A stretch of 64,000 bases of DNA, from assembly GCA_041480425.1 (NCBI GenBank), contig JBGOZX010000002.1, positions 10,694 through 74,693 on the forward strand, written 5' to 3'. The notes beneath the pieces were generated by a model that saw only the letters and a program-made list of their open reading frames with translations, was not told the origin of the DNA and ran no database searches. Source of the stretch: Bacteroidia bacterium (GTDB lineage: Bacteria; Bacteroidota; Bacteroidia; Bacteroidales; VadinHA17). Both the position numbers and the translations under genes were made by a program. Positions 9,820 to 20,093 of the stretch are shown here, in pieces; position 1 is the first letter of the stretch; every line of letters begins with the position of its first letter.

Positions 9820-11298
9820 ATGAGTGCAGTAAACAAAAAAGCAATATGCTTTTATTTTCAGGTTCACCAGCCTTTCCGGCTAAAACGATACAGGTTCTTT
9901 GACCTGGGGCATGATCACTATTATTATGATGATTTCACCAACGAATCAATCATGAGAAAGGTGGCAGAGAAATGTTATATACCTGCCAATGATATTATTC
10001 TGGACCTTATTCTGAGAAATAAAGGAAAATTTAAAGTCACTTTTTCTCTTTCAGGGCTGGTAATAAGCCAGTTCCGGCTTTATGCTCCTGAAGTGCTTGA
10101 ATCATTCAGAAAACTTGCAGATACAGGCATGGTGGAATTTCTTGCAGAAACCGGATCACATTCTCTGGCATCTATTAAGAAGAGGAGTGAATTCGAACGC
10201 CAGGTAACTGCCCACAAAGAGATGGTAAAAGAGTTCCTGGGGGTCGAACCTACATCTTTCAGGAACACCGAACTGATCTACTCTGACCAGATAGGTTCAT
10301 GGGTGGCTGAAATGGGATTTAAGTCGATGCTTACTGAGGGAGCCAAACATGTCCTTGGATGGAAAAGTCCTAACTATTTGTACTGTAACTCTTTAAATCC
10401 ACGGCTTAAAATACTTCTGAGGAATTTTGTTCTGAGTGATGATATTGCTTTCAGATTCTCAAACAGGGGCTGGAACGAATGGCCATTAACCTCGGATAAA
10501 TATTCAGCCTGGCTTAATAAACTTGCACCTAAAAGCGAACTTATTAATGTCTTTCTGGATTATGAAACCTTTGGGGAACACAACTGGAAGGAGACAGGAA
10601 TATTTGACTTCCTTTCTCATTTACCAGGATCAATTCTTAAAAAGACCCCTTACAGGTTTATGACTCCTACCGAGATTGCAGACACATTACAGCCTGTTTC
10701 AGCGATTAGCGTCCCTTCTCCCATCTCATGGGCAGATGAAGAACGTGATATAACCGCATGGCATGGAAACGAATTGCAGGTAGCTGCACTTGATAAGCTG
10801 TATGATCTGACAGATAAAGTTGGCAGGTGTGATGACGGCCAGATAAAAAAAGACTGGGAGTATCTTCAATCGAGCGACCATTTTTACTATATGGCAACCA
10901 AGTTCTTTTCGGATGGTGCTGTGCATGCCTATTTTAATCCTTACGAAACACCTTATGATGCATTTATGAATTATATGAACGTTCTAAGCGATTTTGAGAT
11001 CAGACTTAACAGATTCATCCCTGATATCACCGAGTATAATGAGATAAATAAACTTAATTCACTGATAAGAGAGAAAGAACAGATAATTGATCAGCAATCT
11101 GCCGAAATTGAGAAAATGAAGAAAAAAACCGGAAGAGTAAAAACTGTGACAAGATCTGTTCTAAAGAAAGAACGGATACTTGCCGGAAAGACTTTATTGA
11201 AGAGGAAACCGGCCAGATCAGCTGAAATAAAAACAAAGACCGTTAAAAAGGAACCACCTGCAAATCCCTTTTCGACAGGGAAAGGGAGGAGAAAATAA
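9820..11298 (+). CDS. Glycoside hydrolase family 57 protein (alpha-amylase/branching type) with a coiled-coil plus basic C-terminal tail
   Basis: GH57-like N-terminus (ICFYFQVHQPFRLKRY, LDYETFGEH). The last ~90 aa are coiled-coil-like and then K/R-rich. Confidence 0.75.
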   Translation: MSAVNKKAICFYFQVHQPFRLKRYRFFDLGHDHYYYDDFTNESIMRKVAEKCYIPANDIILDLILRNKGKFKVTFSLSGLVISQFRLYAPEVLESFRKLADTGMVEFLAETGSHSLASIKKRSEFERQVTAHKEMVKEFLGVEPTSFRNTELIYSDQIGSWVAEMGFKSMLTEGAKHVLGWKSPNYLYCNSLNPRLKILLRNFVLSDDIAFRFSNRGWNEWPLTSDKYSAWLNKLAPKSELINVFLDYETFGEHNWKETGIFDFLSHLPGSILKKTPYRFMTPTEIADTLQPVSAISVPSPISWADEERDITAWHGNELQVAALDKLYDLTDKVGRCDDGQIKKDWEYLQSSDHFYYMATKFFSDGAVHAYFNPYETPYDAFMNYMNVLSDFEIRLNRFIPDITEYNEINKLNSLIREKEQIIDQQSAEIEKMKKKTGRVKTVTRSVLKKERILAGKTLLKRKPARSAEIKTKTVKKEPPANPFSTGKGRRK

Positions 11299-11331
11299 TA
11301 ATTGATTAATCTGAACCAATAAAAATTACTA

Positions 11332-14300
11332 ATGAATGTTGAACTGATTTTTGAGACCAGTTGGGAGGTTTGTAACAAGGTTGGAGGAATTCACACTGTA
11401 ATCTCGACTAAAGCACTAAATATTGTCAATGAACTCGGAGATAATTATATATTAATAGGACCCGATGTATGGAGGGAGGAGATAACAAATCCGGAATTTA
11501 TTCGTGACGAATCACTTTTCGTTGATTGGAAAACCCTTGCTGCCAAGGATGGATTAAGAGTGAAAACCGGAAGATGGAACATTGCCGGGAAACCAATTGT
11601 AATCCTGATTGATTTTACTCCCTATTTCGGTCAACAGAATGAGATATTCGCCGGATTCTGGGAAACCTACAAGCTCGACAGCATTTCGGGTCAGTGGGAT
11701 TATGTTGAGCCGGCTCTTTTCGGATACGCTGCCGGAAAGATTATTGAAAGTTTTACCTCATTCCACCGCCAACACCATAATATCATAGCTCAATTCCATG
11801 AGTGGATGACAGGGACCGGCATTCTCTATCTTGAAAAATTTGCACCATGGATTGCCACTGCTTTTACAACCCATGCCACTGTTCTTGGCCGGTGTATTGC
11901 AGGCAATAACAGACTATTGTATAGTAAAATGGAGGAATACATTCCGACCCAGGTTGCCCGTGAGTTTAATGTTGTGGCAAAACTATCTCTTGAAAAGATA
12001 TCAGCAGCAGTCGCGGATGTTTTTACAACCGTCAGTGAAATCACTTCCAGGGAATGTTCATTGTTTCTTGGTAAAGATGTTGATATTGTGACACCCAACG
12101 GTTTTGAAGACTCATTTGTGCCTGGTAAAGAGGTATTTGAGGAAAGAAGGATGCTTGCCCGGTCGAAACTTAAAAAAGTAGCGGAAGCGGTGCTTGGTTA
12201 TCCATTGTCAGAAGAGTGTGTTTTTGTAGCAAACAGCGGAAGATATGAATTCAGGAACAAGGGAGTCGATATTTTTATTGACTCTCTTGGGGAGATGAAT
12301 AAGAAGGATCAGATGGCAAAAGAATGTGTCGCCTTTATCCTTATGCCGGCATATAATAAAGGACCCCGCCAGGATCTGGTTGATTTCCTTTATAACAATA
12401 GACCTATCAATGGCATAGACAGGTACCTTACCCATAGTCTGCATTACCCTTTAACCGATCCTGTTTTACAAAGAATAAACGACAATAACCTTACAAATGA
12501 TCCAAAGGCAAAAGTAAAGATCATTTTTGTGCCTTCTTATCTGAATGGCAATGACGGCATTTTCAATATGTCTTACTTCGACCTTCTCATTGGTTTTGAT
12601 CTATCAGTGTTCCCTTCGTATTATGAACCGTGGGGATATACTCCACTGGAAAGTCTGATGTTCTCTATTCCAACAGTGACGACATCACTTTCAGGATTTG
12701 GACTCTGGGTTAAAAACTATTTTAAGGATCCCGGTAACGGTATAGCGATTATTGAGAGAACCGATGATAATGCACAAAAGGTAGTAGCTGATATCCGGGA
12801 TTTCATTAAAAAATTTATCGGACTCACAGGTGATGAGGTGAAAGAAGCAAGAGAAAAAGCTCATGCTGTGTCGAGGATTGCAATGTGGGACAGTCTTGTA
12901 AAATATTATTTTGATGCATACGAAATCGCTCTTACCCATAGCAGTGAAAGGAGGGAAGAGCCCAGGGAGTTTGCAAAGTTTGTAGAGGCACCCGGGTTAC
13001 AGGTCCGTAAACCACACCAGATACCTGTATGGAAAGATATTTATGTTCAGAGCGATGTGCCTGATAAACTGTCATCTTTGAAGGAGCTTTCTAACAACCT
13101 GTGGTGGTCGTGGAATTCGGAAGCCGAATTATTATTCAAAAGTATGGATCCGTCGTTGTGGGAGGAGGTCCGTCATAATCCAAAACTGCTGCTCGAAAAG
13201 ATTGATTATAAAAGACTCCTGGTTCTGGAAGACGATGATGAGTTTGTTGCAGATCTGGAAAGTATTTACACATTTTTCAGAGCACATATCGATCGCCCCG
13301 ATAACAAAGATATACCCTCAATAGCTTATTTCAGTATGGAGTTTGGCATCCACCCTTGCCTGAAACTATATTCCGGGGGTTTGGGCGTTCTGGCTGGTGA
13401 CTATCTGAAAGAAGCCAGCGATTCAAACTTTAAAATTATCGGAGTCGGACTCCTTTACAGATTTGGCTATTTCAGGCAGAAACTGGGACCTAAAGGAGAA
13501 CAACTTACAATTTATGAAGCGGAAGAATTCTCCCATCTCCCGATAAATCCTGTTAAAGATGCTGAAGGAAAGCATCTTACAGTAAGTATCGGTTGGCCGG
13601 GAAGAAGTATAAAGATACGGGTTTGGGAAGCAAAAGTGGGAAAAGTCTCATTGTTGTTGCTTGATACTGATTTTGACGACAATACCCAGGAAGACCGTAC
13701 CGTGACACATTATTTATACGGTGGAGATCATGAAAACAGGCTGAGACAGGAGTTGCTCCTTGGAATAGGCGGAATAAGAGCCTTAGATTCAATGGGGATA
13801 AAACCCGATATCTACCATAATAATGAGGGCCATTCAGCCTTCATAGGCCTTGAACGGCTCAGGACCCTGATGACCAATAACCATCTTACATTTAATGAGG
13901 CGCTTGAGGCTGTCAGATCTTCCACTCTGTTTACAACACATACACCAGTGCCTGCAGGACACGATGCCTTTGAGGAAGACTTGTTGCGTAAATACATTTC
14001 TCATTATCATAGCCGTCTTTCTATAACATGGGATGAGCTAATGGCTTTGGGTCGCTGTGAGGGTGAAGCCGATAAAAAGTTTAATATGAGTTACCTGGCA
14101 ACACGTATGTCGCAGGAATTAAATGGTGTCAGCAAGCTTCACGGTGAGGTTACTCAGAGTATGTTTAATAAGTTATGGCCTGGGTATCTGAAAGAAGAAC
14201 TTTACATCGGGTATGTCACAAACGGGGTTCATCATCCCACCTGGGTTGCACCAGAATGGAAAGAAGTATATAAAGAATTAACAGGAAGCCCCAGTTTTGA

Positions 14301-15555
14301 TCAGACCGACAGAAGCTTGTGGGAAAAGATATATAGGGTCGATGACAAAAAGATTTATGAGATAAAAACCAGTCTTAAAAGGAATCTGTTTACCTATATC
14401 AGAAAGACCCTGCAGTCCGACATGATGGAAAGACATGTCAGTCCGCGTACTCTACTGAACATAAGCAGTCATCTTGATGAGAAAGCTCTTACAATAGGAT
14501 TTGCCCGGAGGTTTGCTACATATAAACGGGCATCTCTGTTATTCAGGGACCTTGACAGGCTGGCAAAAATTGTAAATGATCCGGAAAAACCTGTGCAGTT
14601 CATTTATGCAGGAAAAGCACACCCAAACGACGGAGGTGGCCAGGACCTGATCAAAAGGGTATTTGAAGTATCACAAATGCCCCAGTTTGCAGGTAAAGTT
14701 ATATTCCTTGAGAATTATGATATTGATCTGGCAAAATCCCTTGTGAGAGGAGTTGATATCTGGCTTAATACACCAACTAGGCCCCTTGAAGCATCAGGCA
14801 CGAGCGGAGAAAAAGCTGTAATGAACGGTACAATTCATTTTAGTGTTCTCGACGGCTGGTGGGTTGAGGGATATCACGCATTTGCTGGTTGGGCTTTGCC
14901 GAAAAAAAGAACATTTTCAAATCAGGACCTTCAGGATGATATTGATGCAGAGACAATTTATAATATGCTTGAGTATGAAATAGTTCCGGCATATTATTCA
15001 TTTAATGAACAAGGAGTTCCGGTTGAATGGATAAGTCATGTTAAAAATACCATGGTAAAAATTGCTCCCGAATTCACTACGAAGAGAATGCAAGATGATT
15101 ATTATGAGAAATATTATTCCAGGCTTTGGACCAGAAATAAATATCTCACCGAGAATGGTTTTGAAAAAGCAAAAGAATTGGCTGCGTGGAAGAAAACAAT
15201 AAAAGAGGAATGGGATAATATTGAAGTTCTCAACTACAACTTAGAACAATCCGGTGAAAATGTTTACCATTCAGGCCATGATTACCACGCGGAAATAGCT
15301 CTTAGCGTTAAAAAGATACCAAAGGAGAATGTTGGTGTTGAGTTTATCATTACCCGTTTGAACAAACAGGGGCAATATGAGTTCGTTGACAGCCAGGAAT
15401 TCAAGCTGGTAAGCTGCAAAAGCGGTAAGTGTCTGTACAGAGCTAATCTAATACCGGAAAAAGCAGGTACCTTCTTTTACGGGATCCGTATTTATCCAAA
15501 ACACAAAGATCTTCCTCACAAACAGGATTTCTACCTGCTTCGGTGGATTGATTAA
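11332..15555 (+). CDS. Fusion protein: GT3 (eukaryote-type) glycogen synthase plus GT35 alpha-glucan phosphorylase
   Basis: The N-terminus MNVELIFETSWEVCNKVGGIHTVISTKA is the GT3 glycogen-synthase signature. The WWSWNSEAE block is DUF3417-like. The phosphorylase core contains EASGTSGEKAVMNG, with the PLP-lysine codon at 14812-14814. The reading frame is uninterrupted for 1407 aa. Confidence 0.85.
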   Translation: MNVELIFETSWEVCNKVGGIHTVISTKALNIVNELGDNYILIGPDVWREEITNPEFIRDESLFVDWKTLAAKDGLRVKTGRWNIAGKPIVILIDFTPYFGQQNEIFAGFWETYKLDSISGQWDYVEPALFGYAAGKIIESFTSFHRQHHNIIAQFHEWMTGTGILYLEKFAPWIATAFTTHATVLGRCIAGNNRLLYSKMEEYIPTQVAREFNVVAKLSLEKISAAVADVFTTVSEITSRECSLFLGKDVDIVTPNGFEDSFVPGKEVFEERRMLARSKLKKVAEAVLGYPLSEECVFVANSGRYEFRNKGVDIFIDSLGEMNKKDQMAKECVAFILMPAYNKGPRQDLVDFLYNNRPINGIDRYLTHSLHYPLTDPVLQRINDNNLTNDPKAKVKIIFVPSYLNGNDGIFNMSYFDLLIGFDLSVFPSYYEPWGYTPLESLMFSIPTVTTSLSGFGLWVKNYFKDPGNGIAIIERTDDNAQKVVADIRDFIKKFIGLTGDEVKEAREKAHAVSRIAMWDSLVKYYFDAYEIALTHSSERREEPREFAKFVEAPGLQVRKPHQIPVWKDIYVQSDVPDKLSSLKELSNNLWWSWNSEAELLFKSMDPSLWEEVRHNPKLLLEKIDYKRLLVLEDDDEFVADLESIYTFFRAHIDRPDNKDIPSIAYFSMEFGIHPCLKLYSGGLGVLAGDYLKEASDSNFKIIGVGLLYRFGYFRQKLGPKGEQLTIYEAEEFSHLPINPVKDAEGKHLTVSIGWPGRSIKIRVWEAKVGKVSLLLLDTDFDDNTQEDRTVTHYLYGGDHENRLRQELLLGIGGIRALDSMGIKPDIYHNNEGHSAFIGLERLRTLMTNNHLTFNEALEAVRSSTLFTTHTPVPAGHDAFEEDLLRKYISHYHSRLSITWDELMALGRCEGEADKKFNMSYLATRMSQELNGVSKLHGEVTQSMFNKLWPGYLKEELYIGYVTNGVHHPTWVAPEWKEVYKELTGSPSFDQTDRSLWEKIYRVDDKKIYEIKTSLKRNLFTYIRKTLQSDMMERHVSPRTLLNISSHLDEKALTIGFARRFATYKRASLLFRDLDRLAKIVNDPEKPVQFIYAGKAHPNDGGGQDLIKRVFEVSQMPQFAGKVIFLENYDIDLAKSLVRGVDIWLNTPTRPLEASGTSGEKAVMNGTIHFSVLDGWWVEGYHAFAGWALPKKRTFSNQDLQDDIDAETIYNMLEYEIVPAYYSFNEQGVPVEWISHVKNTMVKIAPEFTTKRMQDDYYEKYYSRLWTRNKYLTENGFEKAKELAAWKKTIKEEWDNIEVLNYNLEQSGENVYHSGHDYHAEIALSVKKIPKENVGVEFIITRLNKQGQYEFVDSQEFKLVSCKSGKCLYRANLIPEKAGTFFYGIRIYPKHKDLPHKQDFYLLRWID

Positions 15556-17579
15556 ATTTCAGTTGCCTTTCTTACAGCTTCCTTCTTAAAAACAAGAGCT
15601 GTTCTCGACGGCAGATAAAGATAGAGGTAGAAAGGTACATTTATAATGTGCCTTTCTGCTTTTTTGATTGACAAATAAGATGGATTTCTATCAATCCTGT
15701 TAAATCCTCCGAAATCCGGATCATCTGTGTCGAGTACTATCCTGAACTTCCCTTTTACAGGAATTCCATAATCAGTAAATGAGGCAGTTGGATGAAAATT
15801 GAAGACGAACAAAAATTCTCCTCTCATGAAGGCAATTACCTTGTCATTGTTATTCTCATAAATCCTGCTCACAAAGAGATCATCGAGCAGACGGAAATTC
15901 TGGTGGAGCTTAGTCATCTTTCTGTCAAATTCTGCCAGGTAATAGTATTTAAGATCCTTATTTTTAGCCAGATGCCATTGCCGGCGTGCATATTTATAGC
16001 TCCAGTTATTTCCTTCACGTGGGAAATCGATCCATTCAGGATGACCAAATTCATTTCCCATAAAATTCAGATAGCCTCCTCCTGAAGTGCTGAACGTGAG
16101 AAGCCTTATCATTTTATGCAAAGCAATTCCACGGTCAATGGTAAAACTATGATAGGCTTTTGTCATTCCAGTATACATTTCAGCATCTATCATTCTGAAT
16201 ATTAATGTTTTATCGCCAACTAGCGCCTGGTCATGCGATTCACAGTATGAGATAATCTTCTCCTCGGGACGATGTTGGGTAAGTTCATGTATCAGATGCC
16301 CCATATCCCAGTTTTCATCAAAAGTCTCTTTTACAAGCTTTATCCAGAAATCAGGTACCCCCATTGAGAGTCTGTAGTCAAAGCCATAGCCATATCTGGC
16401 TGTATCGGCAGCAAGCCCGGGCATACCACTCATCTCCTCAGCGATTGTTAATGCACCAGGTTTAAAGGTGTGTATCATTTTATTGGCAAGAAAGAGATAG
16501 ATCAAAGCATCTTCGTCCTGTCCGCCATCGAAATACTCTTCATAAGATGTAAAATTCTTTTCCAGGCCATGGTTATAATAGATCATGCTTGTTATACCAT
16601 CGAACCTGAAACCGTCAAATTTATACTCTTCAAGCCAGTATCGGCAATTCGACAGCATGAAGTGGATCACCTTATCTTTTCCGTAATCGAAACATAATGA
16701 ATCCCATGCAATATGATTTCTTCTGTTATTTGTGTGAAAATACTGTCCGGGTGTCCCGTCAAACAGACCAAGTCCCTCATTGACATTTTTAACGGAGTGA
16801 GAGTGAATAAGATCCATAATAATCCTTATTCCTGAAGCATGGGCTTTATCTATCAATGCTTTAAGATCTTCAGGTGTACCGAATCTTGAAGATGCTGCAA
16901 AAAAGCTGGATACATGATAGCCGAACGATCCATAGAAAGGATGCTCCTGGATGGCCATCAATTGTATAGTGTTGTATCCTGCTTTGATGATAAGCGGAAG
17001 AACATTTTCAGTGAATTCCCGATAAGTGCCAAGCTTTTCTTCCGCAGTTGCCATCCCTATATGGGCTTCATAAATAACCGGAGCAGTATCCGGTGCCCTG
17101 AAATCCTCTAACTGCCATTTATAATGATCCTCCGGGTACCACACCTGGGTACTGAATATCTTTGTTTTGTCATCCTGGACCACCCGGGTCGCATAAGATG
17201 GGATGCGTTCCCCTTTGCCGCCCTCCCAGTTAATTGAAAGTTTATATAGATCTCCATGATTCAGGGACCCTTTCGGAAGCTTTATTTCCCAGTCCCCATA
17301 AACGTTAATCCTTTGCATCTGGTATTCAGGTTTCTCTTTCCATCCAGTAAATACTCCGATGATAAAAATACTTTTTGCATTTGGTGCCCATTCTCTGAAG
17401 ATCCATCCATCGCTGCTCCGATGAAGGCCATAATAGTGATGCCCCATTGCAAATTCGCAGAGAGTACTTTTCCTTGTGAGATTATGCTCTTTTGCAAGGC
17501 ATTTATTAATACGGTTTTCAATAACACCCTTAAATGGCTCCAGCCATGGATCGGATAAATAGAATCTAACTGGGTTCAT
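15552..17579 (-). CDS. glgB: 1,4-alpha-glucan branching enzyme (GH13, eukaryote-like subfamily)
   Basis: GH13 catalytic blocks DLIHSH, GFRFDGITSM, IAEEMSG, CESHDQ, and an N-terminal CBM48-like region. Confidence 0.85.
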   Translation of the reverse strand: MNPVRFYLSDPWLEPFKGVIENRINKCLAKEHNLTRKSTLCEFAMGHHYYGLHRSSDGWIFREWAPNAKSIFIIGVFTGWKEKPEYQMQRINVYGDWEIKLPKGSLNHGDLYKLSINWEGGKGERIPSYATRVVQDDKTKIFSTQVWYPEDHYKWQLEDFRAPDTAPVIYEAHIGMATAEEKLGTYREFTENVLPLIIKAGYNTIQLMAIQEHPFYGSFGYHVSSFFAASSRFGTPEDLKALIDKAHASGIRIIMDLIHSHSVKNVNEGLGLFDGTPGQYFHTNNRRNHIAWDSLCFDYGKDKVIHFMLSNCRYWLEEYKFDGFRFDGITSMIYYNHGLEKNFTSYEEYFDGGQDEDALIYLFLANKMIHTFKPGALTIAEEMSGMPGLAADTARYGYGFDYRLSMGVPDFWIKLVKETFDENWDMGHLIHELTQHRPEEKIISYCESHDQALVGDKTLIFRMIDAEMYTGMTKAYHSFTIDRGIALHKMIRLLTFSTSGGGYLNFMGNEFGHPEWIDFPREGNNWSYKYARRQWHLAKNKDLKYYYLAEFDRKMTKLHQNFRLLDDLFVSRIYENNNDKVIAFMRGEFLFVFNFHPTASFTDYGIPVKGKFRIVLDTDDPDFGGFNRIDRNPSYLSIKKAERHIINVPFYLYLYLPSRTALVFKKEAVRKATEI

Positions 17580-17657
17580 ATTAATAAGTAAATTGGATAT
17601 CTTTCTATAAAAGTACGAAAACTAAGTAATTATTTTGTTTCATTTTCACGGCTTTGC

Positions 17658-17665
17658 TAATTTTG
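17658..17665 (+). promoter_or_regulatory. Candidate -7 box TAATTTTG
   Basis: Exact TAnnTTTG match, 19 nt upstream of the ribF ATG. Confidence 0.4.
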
Positions 17666-17683
17666 CAGTCTTAATCTGAAGGT

Positions 17684-18613
17684 ATGATCATTCATGAGGG
17701 GTATGAAAATCTTGATCTGATCAATCCTGTTGTTACTCTCGGAATTTTTGACGGGGTACACAAGGGGCACAAGACACTTCTGGATAAACTGGTTTCACGT
17801 GCCAGGGAGACCAAAGGAGAATCTGTTGTTGTGACCTTTGATCCTCATCCAAGGCTGGTACTTTCAGAAAAACATGAAGGGTTCTCCTTCCTGACAACTT
17901 TTGAAGAAAAAACAAAACTCCTTGAAAAAGCTATGATTGACCACCTGATAATCATTGAGTTTAATCAGAGTTTAAGTAATATTGAGGCTTGCGATTTTGT
18001 CCGGAAGGTTCTTGTAGAAAAGATAGGTACAAAGCAACTGATTGTGGGCTATGATCACCACTTTGGGAAACAAAGGGAAGGGAATTACAAAACTATCAGT
18101 CAATGCGCTGAATTGTTTGATTTCAAAGTTGAACAGGTTCGGGAAGTATCTGCCGTTGAGGGAGCTATAAGTTCCTCATCTATCCGTGAAGCATTACTAA
18201 ACGGAAAACTTGATGATGCCAACCGGTGGCTTGGGTATGACTATTCATTGAAGGGAACAATTGTTGAGGGACGAAAACTTGGCCGGTCCATTGGTTTTCC
18301 CACAGCCAATATAAAGCCTGATGATAAGTTCAAGCTGATTCCCGGGAATGGAGTCTATGCTGTTGAAGTTCAGCTTGATGGCAAATTGATGCCAGGGATG
18401 CTGAGTATTGGATCAAATCCTACCGTTAACAAAGGAAATAGCAACAGGTCAATTGAAGTAAACATATTTAACTTTGAAAAGGATATTTACGGTCGGGAAA
18501 TCAGTATAGCGTTCCGATACAGGCTGAGAGATGAGGTAAGATTTGATGATATCAGGCAGCTTGTTGAACAGATGAAACTTGATAAGGAGCATGCACTTAG
18601 GTTGCTGGCCTGA
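17684..18613 (+). CDS. ribF: Bifunctional riboflavin kinase / FAD synthetase
   Basis: [14 protein letters not shown] nucleotidyltransferase motif and a C-terminal riboflavin kinase block ([15 protein letters not shown]). Confidence 0.9.
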   Translation: MIIHEGYENLDLINPVVTLGIFDGVHKGHKTLLDKLVSRARETKGESVVVTFDPHPRLVLSEKHEGFSFLTTFEEKTKLLEKAMIDHLIIIEFNQSLSNIEACDFVRKVLVEKIGTKQLIVGYDHHFGKQREGNYKTISQCAELFDFKVEQVREVSAVEGAISSSSIREALLNGKLDDANRWLGYDYSLKGTIVEGRKLGRSIGFPTANIKPDDKFKLIPGNGVYAVEVQLDGKLMPGMLSIGSNPTVNKGNSNRSIEVNIFNFEKDIYGREISIAFRYRLRDEVRFDDIRQLVEQMKLDKEHALRLLA

Positions 18614-18634
18614 ACATTAGCAATTATTTTTTGT

Positions 18635-18642
18635 TACCTTTG
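18635..18642 (+). promoter_or_regulatory. Candidate -7 box TACCTTTG
   Basis: Exact TAnnTTTG match lying inside the TTG-initiated ORF-track extension. It supports the ATG at 18676 as the true ahcY start. Confidence 0.4.
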
Positions 18643-18675
18643 CATACTGAAAATCACTATTTAAAACAATTACTA

Positions 18676-20091
18676 ATGAACTATATGGTTGAGACAGAGC
18701 AATACACAGTCAAAGACATTTCCCTCGCAGGTTTTGGCAGGAAGGAAATCGAAATTGCAGAAAAAGAAATGCCCGGTTTACTGGCTATCAGAAAAAAATA
18801 CTCTTCTGAAAAACCGCTTAAAGGGGCAAGGATAACAGGTTCCCTGCACATGACAATTCAGACAGCAGTTTTGATAGAAACCCTTGTTGAGCTTGGTGCT
18901 GAAGTGCGATGGGCAAGTTGCAATATTTTTTCAACTCAGGATCATGCGGCAGCGGCAATAGCTGCAAAGGGGATCCCTGTTTTTGCCTGGAAGGGAGAAA
19001 CTCTTGAAGAGTATTGGTGGTGTACAGCGCAGGCCCTCTCATTCCCGGGAGGGAAAGGACCGAACCTTTTGGTTGATGACGGAGGTGATGCATCGCTAAT
19101 GGTACACCTTGGTTATAAAGCAGAAAATGACCCCAGGATCCTTGATAAAAAACCTTCTTCCAGGGAGGAGGCTATCATTCTGGTCACTCTTAAAGATATC
19201 CTTGCAAAAGAGCCCGGCAAATGGCACAGGGCAGTAAGTGAACTGAAAGGTATATCCGAGGAGACAACCACCGGTGTTCACAGATTATATCAGATGATGG
19301 AAAACGGCGAGCTGCTTGTCCCCGCAATTAACGTTAATGATTCTGTAACAAAATCAAAATTCGATAATCTTTACGGATGCCGCGAATCACTTGCCGATGG
19401 CATTAAAAGGGCAACCGATGTTATGATTGCAGGCAAAGTGGTTGTTGTATGTGGGTATGGTGATGTAGGTAAGGGCTGTGCAAAATCGATGAGAGCCTAT
19501 GGAGCAAGGGTAATTGTCACTGAAATAGATCCTATTTGCGCTTTGCAGGCATCGATGGAAGGTTTTGAAGTAAAACCGGTTGAAGATACCCTTGATGAGG
19601 GCAATATATTTGTTACAGCTACCGGCAACAGGGATATTATCCTTCTGGATCATATGATGAAAATGAAGGATCAGGCCATTGTTTGTAATATCGGCCATTT
19701 CGATAATGAGATCCAGATCGACGACCTTAACAGTATGAAGGGTGTTGAAAAGATCAATATTAAACCGCAGGTAGATAAATATGTTTTCCCCGACGGTCAT
19801 GCAGTATTCATCCTTGCCGAAGGACGGCTCGTGAATCTTGGATGTGCTACCGGACATCCTTCATTTGTTATGAGTAACTCATTCAGCAACCAGACTCTTG
19901 CGCAGATAGATCTTTGGAAAAATAATTATAAGATCGGAGTATACAGGCTACCGAAATATCTTGATGAAGAGGTTGCACGGTTACATCTTGATCAGCTCGG
20001 GGTGAAACTTACCCGACTGACAAAAGAGCAATCCGAATATATTGGTGTTTCTCAAAACGGACCATACAAACCGGAACATTACAGATACTAA
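18676..20091 (+). CDS. ahcY: Adenosylhomocysteinase
   Basis: Near-full-length AhcY pattern: [24 protein letters not shown], the NAD-binding [15 protein letters not shown], and the C-terminal YRY. Confidence 0.9.
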   Translation: MNYMVETEQYTVKDISLAGFGRKEIEIAEKEMPGLLAIRKKYSSEKPLKGARITGSLHMTIQTAVLIETLVELGAEVRWASCNIFSTQDHAAAAIAAKGIPVFAWKGETLEEYWWCTAQALSFPGGKGPNLLVDDGGDASLMVHLGYKAENDPRILDKKPSSREEAIILVTLKDILAKEPGKWHRAVSELKGISEETTTGVHRLYQMMENGELLVPAINVNDSVTKSKFDNLYGCRESLADGIKRATDVMIAGKVVVVCGYGDVGKGCAKSMRAYGARVIVTEIDPICALQASMEGFEVKPVEDTLDEGNIFVTATGNRDIILLDHMMKMKDQAIVCNIGHFDNEIQIDDLNSMKGVEKINIKPQVDKYVFPDGHAVFILAEGRLVNLGCATGHPSFVMSNSFSNQTLAQIDLWKNNYKIGVYRLPKYLDEEVARLHLDQLGVKLTRLTKEQSEYIGVSQNGPYKPEHYRY

Positions 20092-20093
20092 AA

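Noticed and set aside
18614-18675. Possibility of an SAH riboswitch upstream of ahcY.
   Set aside because: Only about 60 nt separate ribF from ahcY, and roughly 30 nt remain downstream of the predicted promoter. That is too short for the SAH aptamer, and I see no pseudoknot-forming GC helices.
19387-19857. 156-aa minus-strand ORF inside ahcY. Similar long antisense ORFs occur at 45075-45524 (in argG), 2680-3117, 53557-53994, 1310-1651, 30410-30775 and 31032-31412.
   Set aside because: Each lies entirely antisense to, or out of frame with, a gene carrying strong family motifs. Their translations have no recognisable motifs and skewed, low-complexity composition. I treat them as shadow ORFs.
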